Shown here piece by piece: positions 1-9,450 of a stretch of 64,000 nt of DNA. The DNA lies in the sequence record NC_028780.1; one strand, given 5' to 3'. Below the pieces are notes generated by a model. That model was not told where the DNA came from and ran no database searches. It saw only the letters and a program-made list of their open reading frames with translations. Made by a program: the position numbers and the translations under genes. The stretch comes from Escherichia phage slur07. Position 1 is the first letter of the stretch; each line of letters starts with the position of its first letter.

Positions 1-1
1 A

Positions 2-1126
2 GCGGACCTTGGATATCATCATGGCGAAAACTCTGCACAAGACGCAGGCGCTTTGATGGCTAATACTTGGAATAATAACTTTCCTTTGTTAGATGGTCAA
101 GGAAACTTCGGTTCTCGTACTGTCCAAAAGGCAGCAGCAAGTCGTTATATTTTTGCTCGTGTAAGTAAAAATTTCTATAACGTATATAAAGATACTGAAT
201 ATGCTCCGGTACATCAAGATAAAGAACACATTCCGCCTGCTTTCTATTTGCCTATTATTCCTACTGTTCTTCTTAATGGCGTTTCCGGTATTGCAACTGG
301 TTATGCAACTTACATTCTTCCTCATAGTGTTTCTTCTGTCAAGAAAGCTGTACTACAAGTTCTTCAAGGAAAGAAAGTAACTAAACCGAAGGTAGAATTC
401 CCAGAATTTCGTGGTGAAGTCGTTGAAATTGATGGGCAATATGAAATTCGTGGAACATATAAGTTTACTTCACGAACTCAAATGCACATCACTGAGATTC
501 CGTATAAGTATGATCGTGAAACTTATGTGAGTAAAATCTTAGACCCACTTGAAGATAAAGGCTTCATTACATGGGATGATGCTTGTGGTGAGCATGGTTT
601 TGGATTCAAAGTTAAATTCCGCAAAGAATATTCTTTGAGCGATAACGAAGAAGAACGCCATGCAAAAATTATGAAAGACTTCGGGTTGATTGAGCGTCGT
701 TCTCAGAATATTACGGTTATTAATGAGAAAGGAAAACTACAAGTTTACGATAACGTAGTTGATTTAATTAAAGACTTCGTTGAAGTTCGTAAAACTTATG
801 TCCAAAAACGAATTGATAACAAAATTAAAGAAACTGAATCAGCTTTTCGTTTAGCCTTTGCCAAGGCGCATTTCATTAAGAAAGTAATTTCAGGTGAAAT
901 TGTTGTACAGGGTAAAACTCGCAAAGAACTGACCGAAGAACTTTCTAAAATTGATATGTATTCTTCTTATGCTGATAAACTAGTTGGAATGAATATTTTT
1001 CATATGACTTCCGATGAAGCGAAGAAACTTGCTGAAGAAGCTAAAGCTAAGAAAGAAGAAAACGAATATTGGAAAACTACTGATGTAGTTACTGAATACA
1101 CTAAAGATTTAGAGGAAATCAAATGA
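2..1126 (+). CDS. 52: DNA topoisomerase II medium subunit gp52, 5'-truncated at window edge
   Basis: Open frame from position 2; GyrA-like LLDGQGNFGS motif; matches C-terminal part of T4 gp52; followed by motA as in T4. Confidence 0.9.
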   Translation, partial: ADLGYHHGENSAQDAGALMANTWNNNFPLLDGQGNFGSRTVQKAAASRYIFARVSKNFYNVYKDTEYAPVHQDKEHIPPAFYLPIIPTVLLNGVSGIATGYATYILPHSVSSVKKAVLQVLQGKKVTKPKVEFPEFRGEVVEIDGQYEIRGTYKFTSRTQMHITEIPYKYDRETYVSKILDPLEDKGFITWDDACGEHGFGFKVKFRKEYSLSDNEEERHAKIMKDFGLIERRSQNITVINEKGKLQVYDNVVDLIKDFVEVRKTYVQKRIDNKIKETESAFRLAFAKAHFIKKVISGEIVVQGKTRKELTEELSKIDMYSSYADKLVGMNIFHMTSDEAKKLAEEAKAKKEENEYWKTTDVVTEYTKDLEEIK

Positions 1127-1272
1127 GTCCATTCATTGGTATTACAAGCGCTGCATTAGTATCTGGTAGCATTTTACTAGCGGGGGTAGGTGTTGTTCCA
1201 GCCGTAGCAGGAGGTCTTCTTGCGTTCGGAATTCAACGTGTTATCATGACAGTTATCACAGTCATGCAGTAA
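1123..1272 (+). CDS. small hydrophobic membrane protein (49 aa), start overlaps gene 52 stop
   Basis: ATG at 1123 overlapping TGA of gene 52 (ATGA); translation MSPFIGITSAALVSGSILLAGVGVVPAVAGGLLAFGIQRVIMTVITVMQ is almost entirely one transmembrane helix; not in ORF track because under 60 aa. Confidence 0.45.
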   Translation: MSPFIGITSAALVSGSILLAGVGVVPAVAGGLLAFGIQRVIMTVITVMQ

Positions 1273-1277
1273 TTTTA

Positions 1278-1304
1278 GGGAGAGCCTCGGCTCTCCCTTT
1301 TTTA
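1278..1304 (+). terminator. intrinsic terminator (GC hairpin GGGAGAGCC/GGCTCTCCC plus T-run)
   Basis: Perfect inverted repeat followed by TTTTTTATTTT directly after the small ORF. Confidence 0.6.
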
Positions 1305-1328
1305 TTTTAAAAATTTTTTCACAAAACG

Positions 1329-1358
1329 GTTTACAACCAAAGCATACTGTGGTACTAT
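1329..1358 (+). promoter_or_regulatory. T4-type early (sigma70) promoter upstream of motA
   Basis: -35 GTTTACA at 1329-1335, 17-bp spacer, extended -10 TGgTACTAT at 1350-1358, A/T-rich upstream element; near-identical copy at 18519-18548. Confidence 0.55.
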
Positions 1359-1399
1359 ACAACTATCAACTACTGATACAGAATTACGGAGATTAGAAA

Positions 1400-2035
1400 A
1401 TGTCTAAAGTAACTTACATCATCAAAGCTTCTAACGATGTTCTGAATGAAAAAACTGCTGCGATTTTAATTACCATTGCTAAGAAAGATTTCATTACAGC
1501 CGCAGAAGTTCGTGAGGTGCATCCAGATTTAGGTAACGCAGTAGTTAATAGTAATATTGGGGTATTGATTAAAAAAGGCCTGGTGGAGAAATCTGGTGAT
1601 GGATTAATCATTACAGGTGAAGCTCAGGATATTATTTCAAATGCAGCAACTTTATACGCGCAGGAAAATGCTCCGGAACTGCTGAAAAAACGAGCAACTC
1701 GTAAAGCTCGTGAGATTACTTCCGATATGGAAGAAGATAAAGACCTCATGTTAAAACTTTTAGATGAAAATGGATTTGTTCTTAAAAAGGTTGAAACTTA
1801 TCGCAGTAACTATCTCGCTATTTTAGAAAAACGCACTCACGGAATTCGTAATTTTGAAATTAACAACAATGGAAATATGCGAATTTTTGGATATAAAATG
1901 ATGGAACATCATATTCAGAAATTTACTGACATCGGAATGTCATGTAAAATCGCTAAAAACGGTAATGTGTATCTTGACATTAAACGTTCGGCAGAAAACA
2001 TTGAAGCTGTAATCGCTGTAGCATCTGAACTGTGA
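1400..2035 (+). CDS. motA: MotA, middle-promoter transcription activator
   Basis: 211 aa, same length as T4 MotA and near-identical from MSKVTYIIKASNDVLNEK onward. Confidence 0.92.
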   Translation: MSKVTYIIKASNDVLNEKTAAILITIAKKDFITAAEVREVHPDLGNAVVNSNIGVLIKKGLVEKSGDGLIITGEAQDIISNAATLYAQENAPELLKKRATRKAREITSDMEEDKDLMLKLLDENGFVLKKVETYRSNYLAILEKRTHGIRNFEINNNGNMRIFGYKMMEHHIQKFTDIGMSCKIAKNGNVYLDIKRSAENIEAVIAVASEL

Positions 2036-2045
2036 GGAATAAATA

Positions 2046-2375
2046 ATGAACAAGTTAGAAATTGTTAATGAACTTCGTCGTTGCGCAGAACCTACTCAAG
2101 AGGGTTGGGACATCTGGTACCACGGAGCTTATCTTGGAACTATCGTAAAGATTAAGACCGGTAAATACATGATTATTCGTGAAAGTAAAGATGCTCCAGT
2201 AGGTATTCGCAATAATTTCATGGCAGCGATAAGTTCCTTTACAGATTCAGCTTACGAAATTTACCTTGCTGATTATAAAGAATTCCAGGAATCTCAACCA
2301 GTTATTCGTTCAATTGGTGTTAACAAAGCTCAACAGAAATCTTTGTGGCAGCGTATTAAAGGATGGTTTAAATGA
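2046..2375 (+). CDS. hypothetical protein (arn-motA variable region)
   Basis: 109-aa ORF, start 10 nt after motA stop, end overlaps next ORF start (ATGA). Confidence 0.6.
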   Translation: MNKLEIVNELRRCAEPTQEGWDIWYHGAYLGTIVKIKTGKYMIIRESKDAPVGIRNNFMAAISSFTDSAYEIYLADYKEFQESQPVIRSIGVNKAQQKSLWQRIKGWFK

Positions 2376-2833
2376 ATCCATTTATTAATCGTTTAAAAAT
2401 GCTGAATGTTCCTTTATCTCGTGAAACTCCAGAAAGTCTTGTTGAAAAATTTAAAGCACATGGTTATAAATGCACAGAAGAAGATATTCTAAAAGAAGTT
2501 CCTGAAATCTGTTGGCAGACAGCATATTGGGATGAAAACCAAAAGTATCAACGACGAATTGTTTGCGCAGCCAACCGTTTTAAATTAAAAGATGGACGAA
2601 CTCTTGTTATTCCAGGTGCTCGTCATTATTCTAAAGATATGGCAGCAGTTTTAGATGTAGTTAAACCTCAATTAGTTACTCAGCAAGTTTGTGATGATGA
2701 CCAAGGGTTTATTGACCAATATAGTAATTATTGGACACGTGAAGAAGCAATGATTATTGCAACTTACGCTGGACAAGTACGTATTGAACGTGGTGGTAGT
2801 GAAAAAGAACTTTACTCTGAGGACCTTTACTAA
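2372..2833 (+). CDS. hypothetical protein (arn-motA variable region)
   Basis: 153-aa ORF translationally coupled to neighbours. Confidence 0.6.
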   Translation: MNPFINRLKMLNVPLSRETPESLVEKFKAHGYKCTEEDILKEVPEICWQTAYWDENQKYQRRIVCAANRFKLKDGRTLVIPGARHYSKDMAAVLDVVKPQLVTQQVCDDDQGFIDQYSNYWTREEAMIIATYAGQVRIERGGSEKELYSEDLY

Positions 2834-3129
2834 TGAATATTAAAAAGTTTCAAATTGATGGAATTACGAATCAAATCAAGGCGCTGGAATATGCCAATAA
2901 AATGATGTCAACCAAATGGGGAATTTATGCCAATGAACCGGCATTTCAGTTCTGTAATATGGAATTCACCAAAAAGCTCGTAGGAAAAGATTATGTATGT
3001 CCATTTAGTTCCCCAATAAATGGAATGCTAAAACCTGCTTTACGCGATCTTTATATTGCGATGAACGAAGAGATGATAAAAGAATTAAAACGTCAACTGA
3101 AGGTGATTCAATTTGGCCAGGGAAATTAA
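2833..3129 (+). CDS. hypothetical protein (arn-motA variable region)
   Basis: 98-aa ORF, start overlaps upstream stop. Confidence 0.55.
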   Translation: MNIKKFQIDGITNQIKALEYANKMMSTKWGIYANEPAFQFCNMEFTKKLVGKDYVCPFSSPINGMLKPALRDLYIAMNEEMIKELKRQLKVIQFGQGN

Positions 3130-3331
3130 TTCAAAATCTGATTATTTTAATTCTCTCAATGATAAAGATAAAAATCTAATACGGCATTTTATCGTTGAGA
3201 TGGGATATACTGATACACGTGATTTAAGAGAACATATATTTGAATGTGGTGTAGCTAAAAAGTTTTCATTCACATGCAAATGTTTGAGAGAGGTAATTCA
3301 GCACTATGAACAATTTAGTCGCAAAGCATAA
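3113..3331 (+). CDS. hypothetical protein
   Basis: 72-aa ORF overlapping upstream ORF by 17 nt; coding status uncertain. Confidence 0.4.
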   Translation: MAREINSKSDYFNSLNDKDKNLIRHFIVEMGYTDTRDLREHIFECGVAKKFSFTCKCLREVIQHYEQFSRKA

Positions 3332-3414
3332 TTTTAATAAAGCTTCTGTTCATAAAGATAAGAAGAAAGCGTTTAAAGAATCTAATCGCAAACAGAAACA
3401 TAAGGGGAAGGTCT

Positions 3415-3693
3415 ATGATTATTGATTCTCAGTCTGTGGTTCAATACACAATCAAAATTGATATTCTAGAAAAGCTATATAAGTTTCTACCAAATTTATA
3501 CCACTCAATTGTCAATGAATTAGTTGAAGAACTACATCTCGAGAATAATGATTTCTTGATTGGAACTTATAAAGACCTCTCAAAAGCAGGATATTTTTAC
3601 GTAATTCCAGCTCCAGGAAAAAGTATTGATGATGTATTAAAAACTATAATGATTTACGTCCATGATTATGAAATTGAAGATTATTTCGAATGA
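3415..3693 (+). CDS. arn: Arn, anti-restriction (McrBC inhibitor) protein
   Basis: 92 aa, same length and position (upstream of asiA) as T4 Arn; acidic C-terminus. Confidence 0.8.
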   Translation: MIIDSQSVVQYTIKIDILEKLYKFLPNLYHSIVNELVEELHLENNDFLIGTYKDLSKAGYFYVIPAPGKSIDDVLKTIMIYVHDYEIEDYFE

Positions 3694-3854
3694 GTCATAA
3701 TCTTGAAAAGGTAATCGAGCATAATGTAGCTCAGGAACGTAAGTCGTTCAAGGAATTCGTAGAAAAAATTTTTGAAGAAAATAACACAGACCAGTTTACA
3801 AATCAAGTGTCTGATGATATTATAATAAAGTCAACTAATTGAGTGGTATAGTTA

Positions 3855-4127
3855 ATGAATAAAAACATTGATACAGTTCGTGAAATTATTACTGTTGCGT
3901 CTATTTTGATTAAATTTTCCAGAGAAGATATTGTTGAGAATCGTGCTAATTTTATTGCATTTCTGAATGAGATTGGAGTAACGCATGAAGGTAGAAAGTT
4001 AAATCAGAATTCATTCCGTAAAATTGTTTCTGAATTAACCCAAGAAGATAAGAAAACCCTCATCGACGAATTCAACGAGGGTTTTGAGGGTGTATATCGA
4101 TATCTAGAGATGTATACGAACAAATAA
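3855..4127 (+). CDS. asiA: AsiA, anti-sigma70 factor
   Basis: 90 aa, essentially identical to T4 AsiA (MNKNIDTVREIITVASILIKFSREDIVENRANFIAFLNEIGVTHEGRKL...). Confidence 0.93.
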   Translation: MNKNIDTVREIITVASILIKFSREDIVENRANFIAFLNEIGVTHEGRKLNQNSFRKIVSELTQEDKKTLIDEFNEGFEGVYRYLEMYTNK

Positions 4128-4784
4128 TTATTTAGCCCTTCCTAATATTCTGGCCGCCTGAGCACATATTGATTCAAGGCGGTCATTACTTATATGATCA
4201 TTTCTATACCAGTACATGGTTATCGTTCCAGCATAGATATTATCCAAATTAAAATATGGACAACTGTACATATAGTTTATTTCGGGAGTAGGCTTTTTAG
4301 TTGGTAAAAAAGCAAATTTTGAGTTGGAATAATAATGACGTCCATTTAAATGAACTGTATATTCATCCATAGTTTTATCAACAGGATATCCTCCAAGTGA
4401 TTTTTCAGTTATTGTTGAAGGTAATCTTCCTTCATATGCTATAATATCAACAAAATAGTTTAAGTTTTTAGGGCGGAAAGAATACACCGCACTAAAGTCT
4501 GCCTCAGATGATATATGAACTATCTGGAGTTGTTCCAGGGCGACAGATTCAAAGCGTGCATTTCTTTCCTTTTCAATAATTTCACTGTATGTTTCATACT
4601 TTGATTGCTTATAGTACTCAAAGAAACTATCTCCCCTATACCAAACAATCGCCATCATAAATAAAAGAATTACGACAGCTACCCGGGAAGCAAGAACTTT
4701 CCCGGTAGCATTATCTTTGAACAAGCGATCTAGAACACCAAATAGAATATCAGAGGGCGAAAATGATATTCTAGGTGCTGCCAT
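4128..4784 (-). CDS. t: holin T
   Basis: 218 aa as in T4 holin; single N-proximal TMD with large periplasmic domain; convergent with asiA, stop codons abutting. Confidence 0.9.
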   Translation of the reverse strand: MAAPRISFSPSDILFGVLDRLFKDNATGKVLASRVAVVILLFMMAIVWYRGDSFFEYYKQSKYETYSEIIEKERNARFESVALEQLQIVHISSEADFSAVYSFRPKNLNYFVDIIAYEGRLPSTITEKSLGGYPVDKTMDEYTVHLNGRHYYSNSKFAFLPTKKPTPEINYMYSCPYFNLDNIYAGTITMYWYRNDHISNDRLESICAQAARILGRAK

Positions 4785-4816
4785 AGACCCTCCTTTTAAG
4801 GATATTTATTCAAAAA

Positions 4817-5608
4817 TTATACTCTTGAACCATATATTGTGCCAACTTTAGTCCAAGTTGGAGCGTTACCAGTAACAGCTTTACCAGCCGCACCGCCCGA
4901 GTGAACAGTTCCTCCAGTACCACCTTGAATATATGAAGACTTGCCAGCAGCTCCCAAATCTCCACCATTTCCTCCATAGTGAACCCCAGAAACAGTACCT
5001 TTACCAGGAGCAGAAATTGTACCAGCAGATGCTGCCGCCGCGCCACCTCCTGCTGCGCCAGCTGCGCCAAATGGACGACCGCCGCCGCCACCAAATATCA
5101 TATCCATTTGAGGGAAAGGATGGTATCTAGCGCCAGCGCCGCCACCGCCACCGCCACCAATAATACCATTATTGTTTATTCTTAAACGAGTTCCAATTCC
5201 GTTATTTATTGCAGTTCCTCCTGCTCCACCAGCAGAGTTACTTCCGCCATTTCCTCCCCGACCTAATACATGAACCCCACTATTAATATTTAAGGTAACA
5301 TATGCATTAGTTAATGAACTAGGAAAATCTAAGCAAGGTTGCCCAGCTGATGAAGAAACAATATTTCCTGTAATAGTAACAACAACAGGAGTACTACCTT
5401 GAGATTTGAGATAATTTATTAGCGTGTCTTTATTATATGAATTACTAGCGCCAATACTGTAATATACTTCTTTAGATTGCCCAGCCATTGAACTCATCCA
5501 ACCGGGAACTGAAACACGAACTGCTCTCATCGCAGCATCCATCCAACGTTGTCCAGTTTCATTCACGGCAGATTCGCCAATCCAGCCAGGAACACCTACA
5601 ATTGCCAT
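4817..5608 (-). CDS. 38: gp38 long-tail-fibre adhesin, T2/T6 type with glycine-rich motifs
   Basis: 263 aa; N-terminus MAIVGVPGWIG..AVNETGQRWM conserved with T2-type gp38; several poly-Gly tracts (GGGGGGGAG, GGGGGRPFG) separating variable segments; immediately downstream of gene 37. Confidence 0.85.
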   Translation of the reverse strand: MAIVGVPGWIGESAVNETGQRWMDAAMRAVRVSVPGWMSSMAGQSKEVYYSIGASNSYNKDTLINYLKSQGSTPVVVTITGNIVSSSAGQPCLDFPSSLTNAYVTLNINSGVHVLGRGGNGGSNSAGGAGGTAINNGIGTRLRINNNGIIGGGGGGGAGARYHPFPQMDMIFGGGGGRPFGAAGAAGGGAAAASAGTISAPGKGTVSGVHYGGNGGDLGAAGKSSYIQGGTGGTVHSGGAAGKAVTGNAPTWTKVGTIYGSRV

Positions 5609-5638
5609 TAAAAATCCTTAGAGGGCCGAAGCCCTCTT

Positions 5639-5938
5639 TTACATAAGTTTAGATTCAAGTTCTTTTACACGAGAAGAAAGTGTTTTCACAGCTTCAACCA
5701 GAAGAGCAATCTGGGATTGAGAAGAAACAGTGAGTATTTTATTACCCTTAATATCTTCAACTTCACGAACTGCTTCTGGTAAAACATCTTGCAGTGTTTG
5801 AGCCACAATACCCGCTTCAGTTTGAACAATTTCACCGCCTATATAGTCAGCTTTATCATAGATTAAACCATCAAGCTGTTCAACCTTTTCAAGAGCATTT
5901 TCAATAGGTCTGAAATTAGATTTCAAACGAATATCAGA
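5639..5938 (-). other. C-terminal intramolecular chaperone-like domain of gp37 (endosialidase-CTD type, predicted autocleavage)
   Basis: Last ~99 aa begin SDIRLKSNFRPIENALEKVEQLDGLIYDK, resembling the S-D-x-R-L-K start of self-cleaving tail-fibre chaperone domains; motif recalled from memory. Confidence 0.5.
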
Positions 5939-8900
5939 ACGAATATAAACGTTTGGGGCATTTATATTCATGTCAGAATAAGTGTCACCCGTTTGGAATC
6001 TCATTCGGCGTGCGGCATTAGTAATGATATCAAGAACTCCGTCAGCGGATTGTTTAATTCCGGTATCATTATCACCAAATGCTATACTATTTCCACCAAG
6101 TGCGTTATTGATATTAATACCAAATGAATTTGTTTGATTAATACCAGCTACAGTAGCATTATTTACTACAAAGCGGTTAGCTCCACCTGGAGTTTTTTCA
6201 AAGTAAGCAATATAGTTAGTTTCATCTGCAATTTCAATGCGGTTACCGCGAGAAGCATCACCAGCATGAAATATTCTCATATTTCTCGGGTTAGCACCAG
6301 ACTTATCAAAGTTAATACTTCCATTATTTTTGATGTTAAGGCCATTATAAAACTCTGATACCCCAGAAACGCTCATAGAGTTTGAAATAGTTACTTTACC
6401 TGAATCGATATTGATAGAAAAAGGTCTCAAGCTATTATAAGAACCGGAGGCTTTAGTTTTATCAGTATCGGTATTTTTATCTGTTAATAATATATGGAAC
6501 GTAGTACCATCATTATAAAACAGAGCAGCTGCAGAGCCACTTTCGTCGCCGTTAGATTTGTGACGGAATCCTATAGTAGTATTTGCCACAAAAGTTGCAT
6601 TTGTAGAAATATTAGAACTACCTGCATCAAAAACGCCTGAGCTATTATTAAGAAGTTTAAAAACACGACCTTTAACAGTATCTACAGGAAGCTCTTCTAC
6701 TGGTGATTGTGTAGGCCCATATAATCCATGAACTACTACTGAAGCGTTTTCTGAAGTGCTATATTCTAATGTAAGTCTATTTAAATAAGTGCCACAATTA
6801 ATATAAACATCATACTCATCGCCTGAGGTATTAATATACGCAATATCTTTAATAGCATCTGTTTCGCGTTGCCATAAAACACCATTAATTCCTTTAGGGC
6901 TGTTATTACCTGAACGCAATACAATTTCATTAATTGTTGCTTGTCTAAAAGTACCAACGTTAAATCCAGAACCACCAGTAATTTTAAATTGAACTGTAGC
7001 CACACCTTGAGGCATAGTTACTGTTGCCAATTTATACCAACCGCTATCGACAGAATAATTAATCCAGCCGGTAGTTACTTTACGGTCTAAAGTAGTGTTT
7101 AAGTTAGCAAAATTACCAGAACCGTTGGTAATATTACCGTCAGTTCCTAGTTGGGCATTTCCGACTTTAAGAGGTTTACTGATTGACACGAAATTATCGC
7201 TTATAACAAGACCGTGTCCATAAGATTGACTATAAAGCGATAAATCACTTCCAGCGCCACCAAGACCAACATACCACGATCTAATTCCAGCTTTAGAACC
7301 TTGTAAATAATTAGCAGAAGAAGATGAAGGAGAATCTAGAGTAAGCGCTGCATTACGTTCATTAATAGTTACTGGACATATCATTTTAATAGTTTTAAGA
7401 CTATTACTTACTTGTAATAATCCTGTACCAGATCCAGAATCTCCTAAATGAACATCATGCGACATTTTAACTGTGCCGGTGTTCAGTTCTATTATCAATG
7501 GTCTAAGATTACTTATACCACCTGATTCTCCAGCATCTTTAAGAGTTGGAATAATATAAAAGTTACTTTCAGAACGACGGAAAATTGCGCCGTATTCAGC
7601 ATTCCAAATTCTTAATGCGTCAGCTGTTCCACCAATTTTTACTTGGCCTGTAATAGAAGAACCACCTTGGACAAACAAACCGTTAGACATAGTAACATTG
7701 CCACCAAAAGAACCTGTACCGGAGGCACTTATATTACCAAGGCCTATGATATGGCCTGTTTCGACAGTTCCGTTAAATTTAAAGTTAACCGGACCTACTG
7801 TTTGACCTGACGCAGGATTAGTACGTTGAGCGTAGAAATAATAACCTTGTGAATCTGAAACTTCGAATACAGTTTCTCTATTACCCTTTTCAGCGTTAAA
7901 TGAATTACCCCATGCTTTAATGGTTACGGTATTTTTATTCTGACCATTACGAGTACCTGCATCCCAGTTAATGGTTTTGGTACCATCTACACCGGAAGGA
8001 GCTTTAAACGATAAAGCATTAGTATTATCATCACCATTTAAAAACAAGCCCGTACGCATAGAAATACGCTGGGTGGAGTTAATTGTTCCGTCTGCTCTAA
8101 TAGCAACGCTATTAGAACCGGTTTTAATATCTAAAATGCCAGGCTCAACAAGAAGCCCATCACCCATACTAACGGACATACGACCTGTACCACGGAAATA
8201 GTGATACATCTTAGCATTGCTGCTATATCCGATATGAGTCTGTCCATCGCCGTTATTATTACCATCAACATCGGTACGCGCAGTAAACATTGCTTGGTTA
8301 TTATTTGGGAAATCCCAAGTAGAACCGGAATCTCGACTATAACCAACCATCAATTTTTTAGTACTATTAATACCATTATTCAAAATGGTAGCAGATGAAA
8401 TACCGTTAGCCATCAGGTCATAAACGCCATCGCGGACCCATTTAATACCGGTATCGTTATCGCCAATCGCAATACCAATAGAAATTGCAGAATCTAAAGG
8501 ATAACGACCATTTGTACCACTATCAGGAAGACCTACAGAAATAGATTTACCTGCAGTAATACGTCCAGAGGTATCAAACGCCCACTGGAAAGACGAAGGT
8601 CCTACACCAGTCCACCAAGAAATTTCTTGCGGCTTACCTTTTCGACAATCAACAATTTCATGGAAAATACTTGATGCGCTTGATGCACGTAATTTACGCA
8701 AATAGTTCAATCCATTTGTAGTATTGTCGGAACCATCGGCCGGTGGGTTATAAACCCAGGTAGGTAAAGAAACAATGTCATAACCCGCGTCATTATTCGG
8801 GATAAAGGTTTTCGTGCTTATGTTAATATTTTTTGTGTTGACACGTGGCGCAGAAACTACCCCAGTAGCCGAATTAATATTACCAGAAGCAGAAATATTT

Positions 8901-9442
8901 CCATCTGTTACTGTCAAACTTCCTGTATCAACAACAAATCCACCATCTCTACGAAATGTCCAGTATTTTGAAGTTCCCGATTCATTGATATAATGAATTT
9001 TAAAACTTCCTTCGTTTACTAGCGTACCAACAGAAAAAGTCCCATCTTTATAACGCTGTTTAATTAGCGGATGGTATTCTGAAGTAGAAGTAGTTGAACT
9101 TAAATCTGTAAAAATAGGGGCTTTATTTAGGTGTTGATTTGCCCAAGCGCCATTACCTGCAGTTTTAGGTAAAAATTCAATATATTTTCCTGCATAAACA
9201 AACTGATTTCCATTGAGATTATATGTACCGTTCTGTAAATAATCTCCAGTTTGAGTGATATTTCCACTGATATTACCGCCAGTGGAAATGCTTAAATCAA
9301 TGATATTTCCTGAATCATCTTTAGTAAAAAGTGTTCTATCTTTTAAGTTTATAGCCAATTCACCTTCGGCTAATACTGAAGCAGCAGGACGTGCACCTGC
9401 GGTTTTGCTTCTTTTAAATTGTATTTGTTTTAAAGTAGCCAT
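5639..9442 (-). CDS. 37: gp37 long-tail-fibre distal subunit
   Basis: 1267 aa; N-terminus MATLKQIQFKRSKTAGARPAASVLAEGELAINLKDRTLFTKDDSGNIIDL matches T4/T2 gp37; C-terminus differs from T4 (no His-box tip). Confidence 0.92.
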   Translation of the reverse strand: MATLKQIQFKRSKTAGARPAASVLAEGELAINLKDRTLFTKDDSGNIIDLSISTGGNISGNITQTGDYLQNGTYNLNGNQFVYAGKYIEFLPKTAGNGAWANQHLNKAPIFTDLSSTTSTSEYHPLIKQRYKDGTFSVGTLVNEGSFKIHYINESGTSKYWTFRRDGGFVVDTGSLTVTDGNISASGNINSATGVVSAPRVNTKNINISTKTFIPNNDAGYDIVSLPTWVYNPPADGSDNTTNGLNYLRKLRASSASSIFHEIVDCRKGKPQEISWWTGVGPSSFQWAFDTSGRITAGKSISVGLPDSGTNGRYPLDSAISIGIAIGDNDTGIKWVRDGVYDLMANGISSATILNNGINSTKKLMVGYSRDSGSTWDFPNNNQAMFTARTDVDGNNNGDGQTHIGYSSNAKMYHYFRGTGRMSVSMGDGLLVEPGILDIKTGSNSVAIRADGTINSTQRISMRTGLFLNGDDNTNALSFKAPSGVDGTKTINWDAGTRNGQNKNTVTIKAWGNSFNAEKGNRETVFEVSDSQGYYFYAQRTNPASGQTVGPVNFKFNGTVETGHIIGLGNISASGTGSFGGNVTMSNGLFVQGGSSITGQVKIGGTADALRIWNAEYGAIFRRSESNFYIIPTLKDAGESGGISNLRPLIIELNTGTVKMSHDVHLGDSGSGTGLLQVSNSLKTIKMICPVTINERNAALTLDSPSSSSANYLQGSKAGIRSWYVGLGGAGSDLSLYSQSYGHGLVISDNFVSISKPLKVGNAQLGTDGNITNGSGNFANLNTTLDRKVTTGWINYSVDSGWYKLATVTMPQGVATVQFKITGGSGFNVGTFRQATINEIVLRSGNNSPKGINGVLWQRETDAIKDIAYINTSGDEYDVYINCGTYLNRLTLEYSTSENASVVVHGLYGPTQSPVEELPVDTVKGRVFKLLNNSSGVFDAGSSNISTNATFVANTTIGFRHKSNGDESGSAAALFYNDGTTFHILLTDKNTDTDKTKASGSYNSLRPFSINIDSGKVTISNSMSVSGVSEFYNGLNIKNNGSINFDKSGANPRNMRIFHAGDASRGNRIEIADETNYIAYFEKTPGGANRFVVNNATVAGINQTNSFGININNALGGNSIAFGDNDTGIKQSADGVLDIITNAARRMRFQTGDTYSDMNINAPNVYIRSDIRLKSNFRPIENALEKVEQLDGLIYDKADYIGGEIVQTEAGIVAQTLQDVLPEAVREVEDIKGNKILTVSSQSQIALLVEAVKTLSSRVKELESKLM

Positions 9443-9450
9443 AAGTCCTC

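Noticed and set aside
4810-5185. ORFs 4810-5094 (minus, other frame), 4933-5130 (plus) and 4979-5185 (plus) overlapping gene 38
   Set aside because: They lie in or opposite the GC-rich poly-glycine codon tracts of gp38; the low-complexity translations (Gln/Leu or Ala/Thr/Cys-rich) are typical out-of-frame artefacts.
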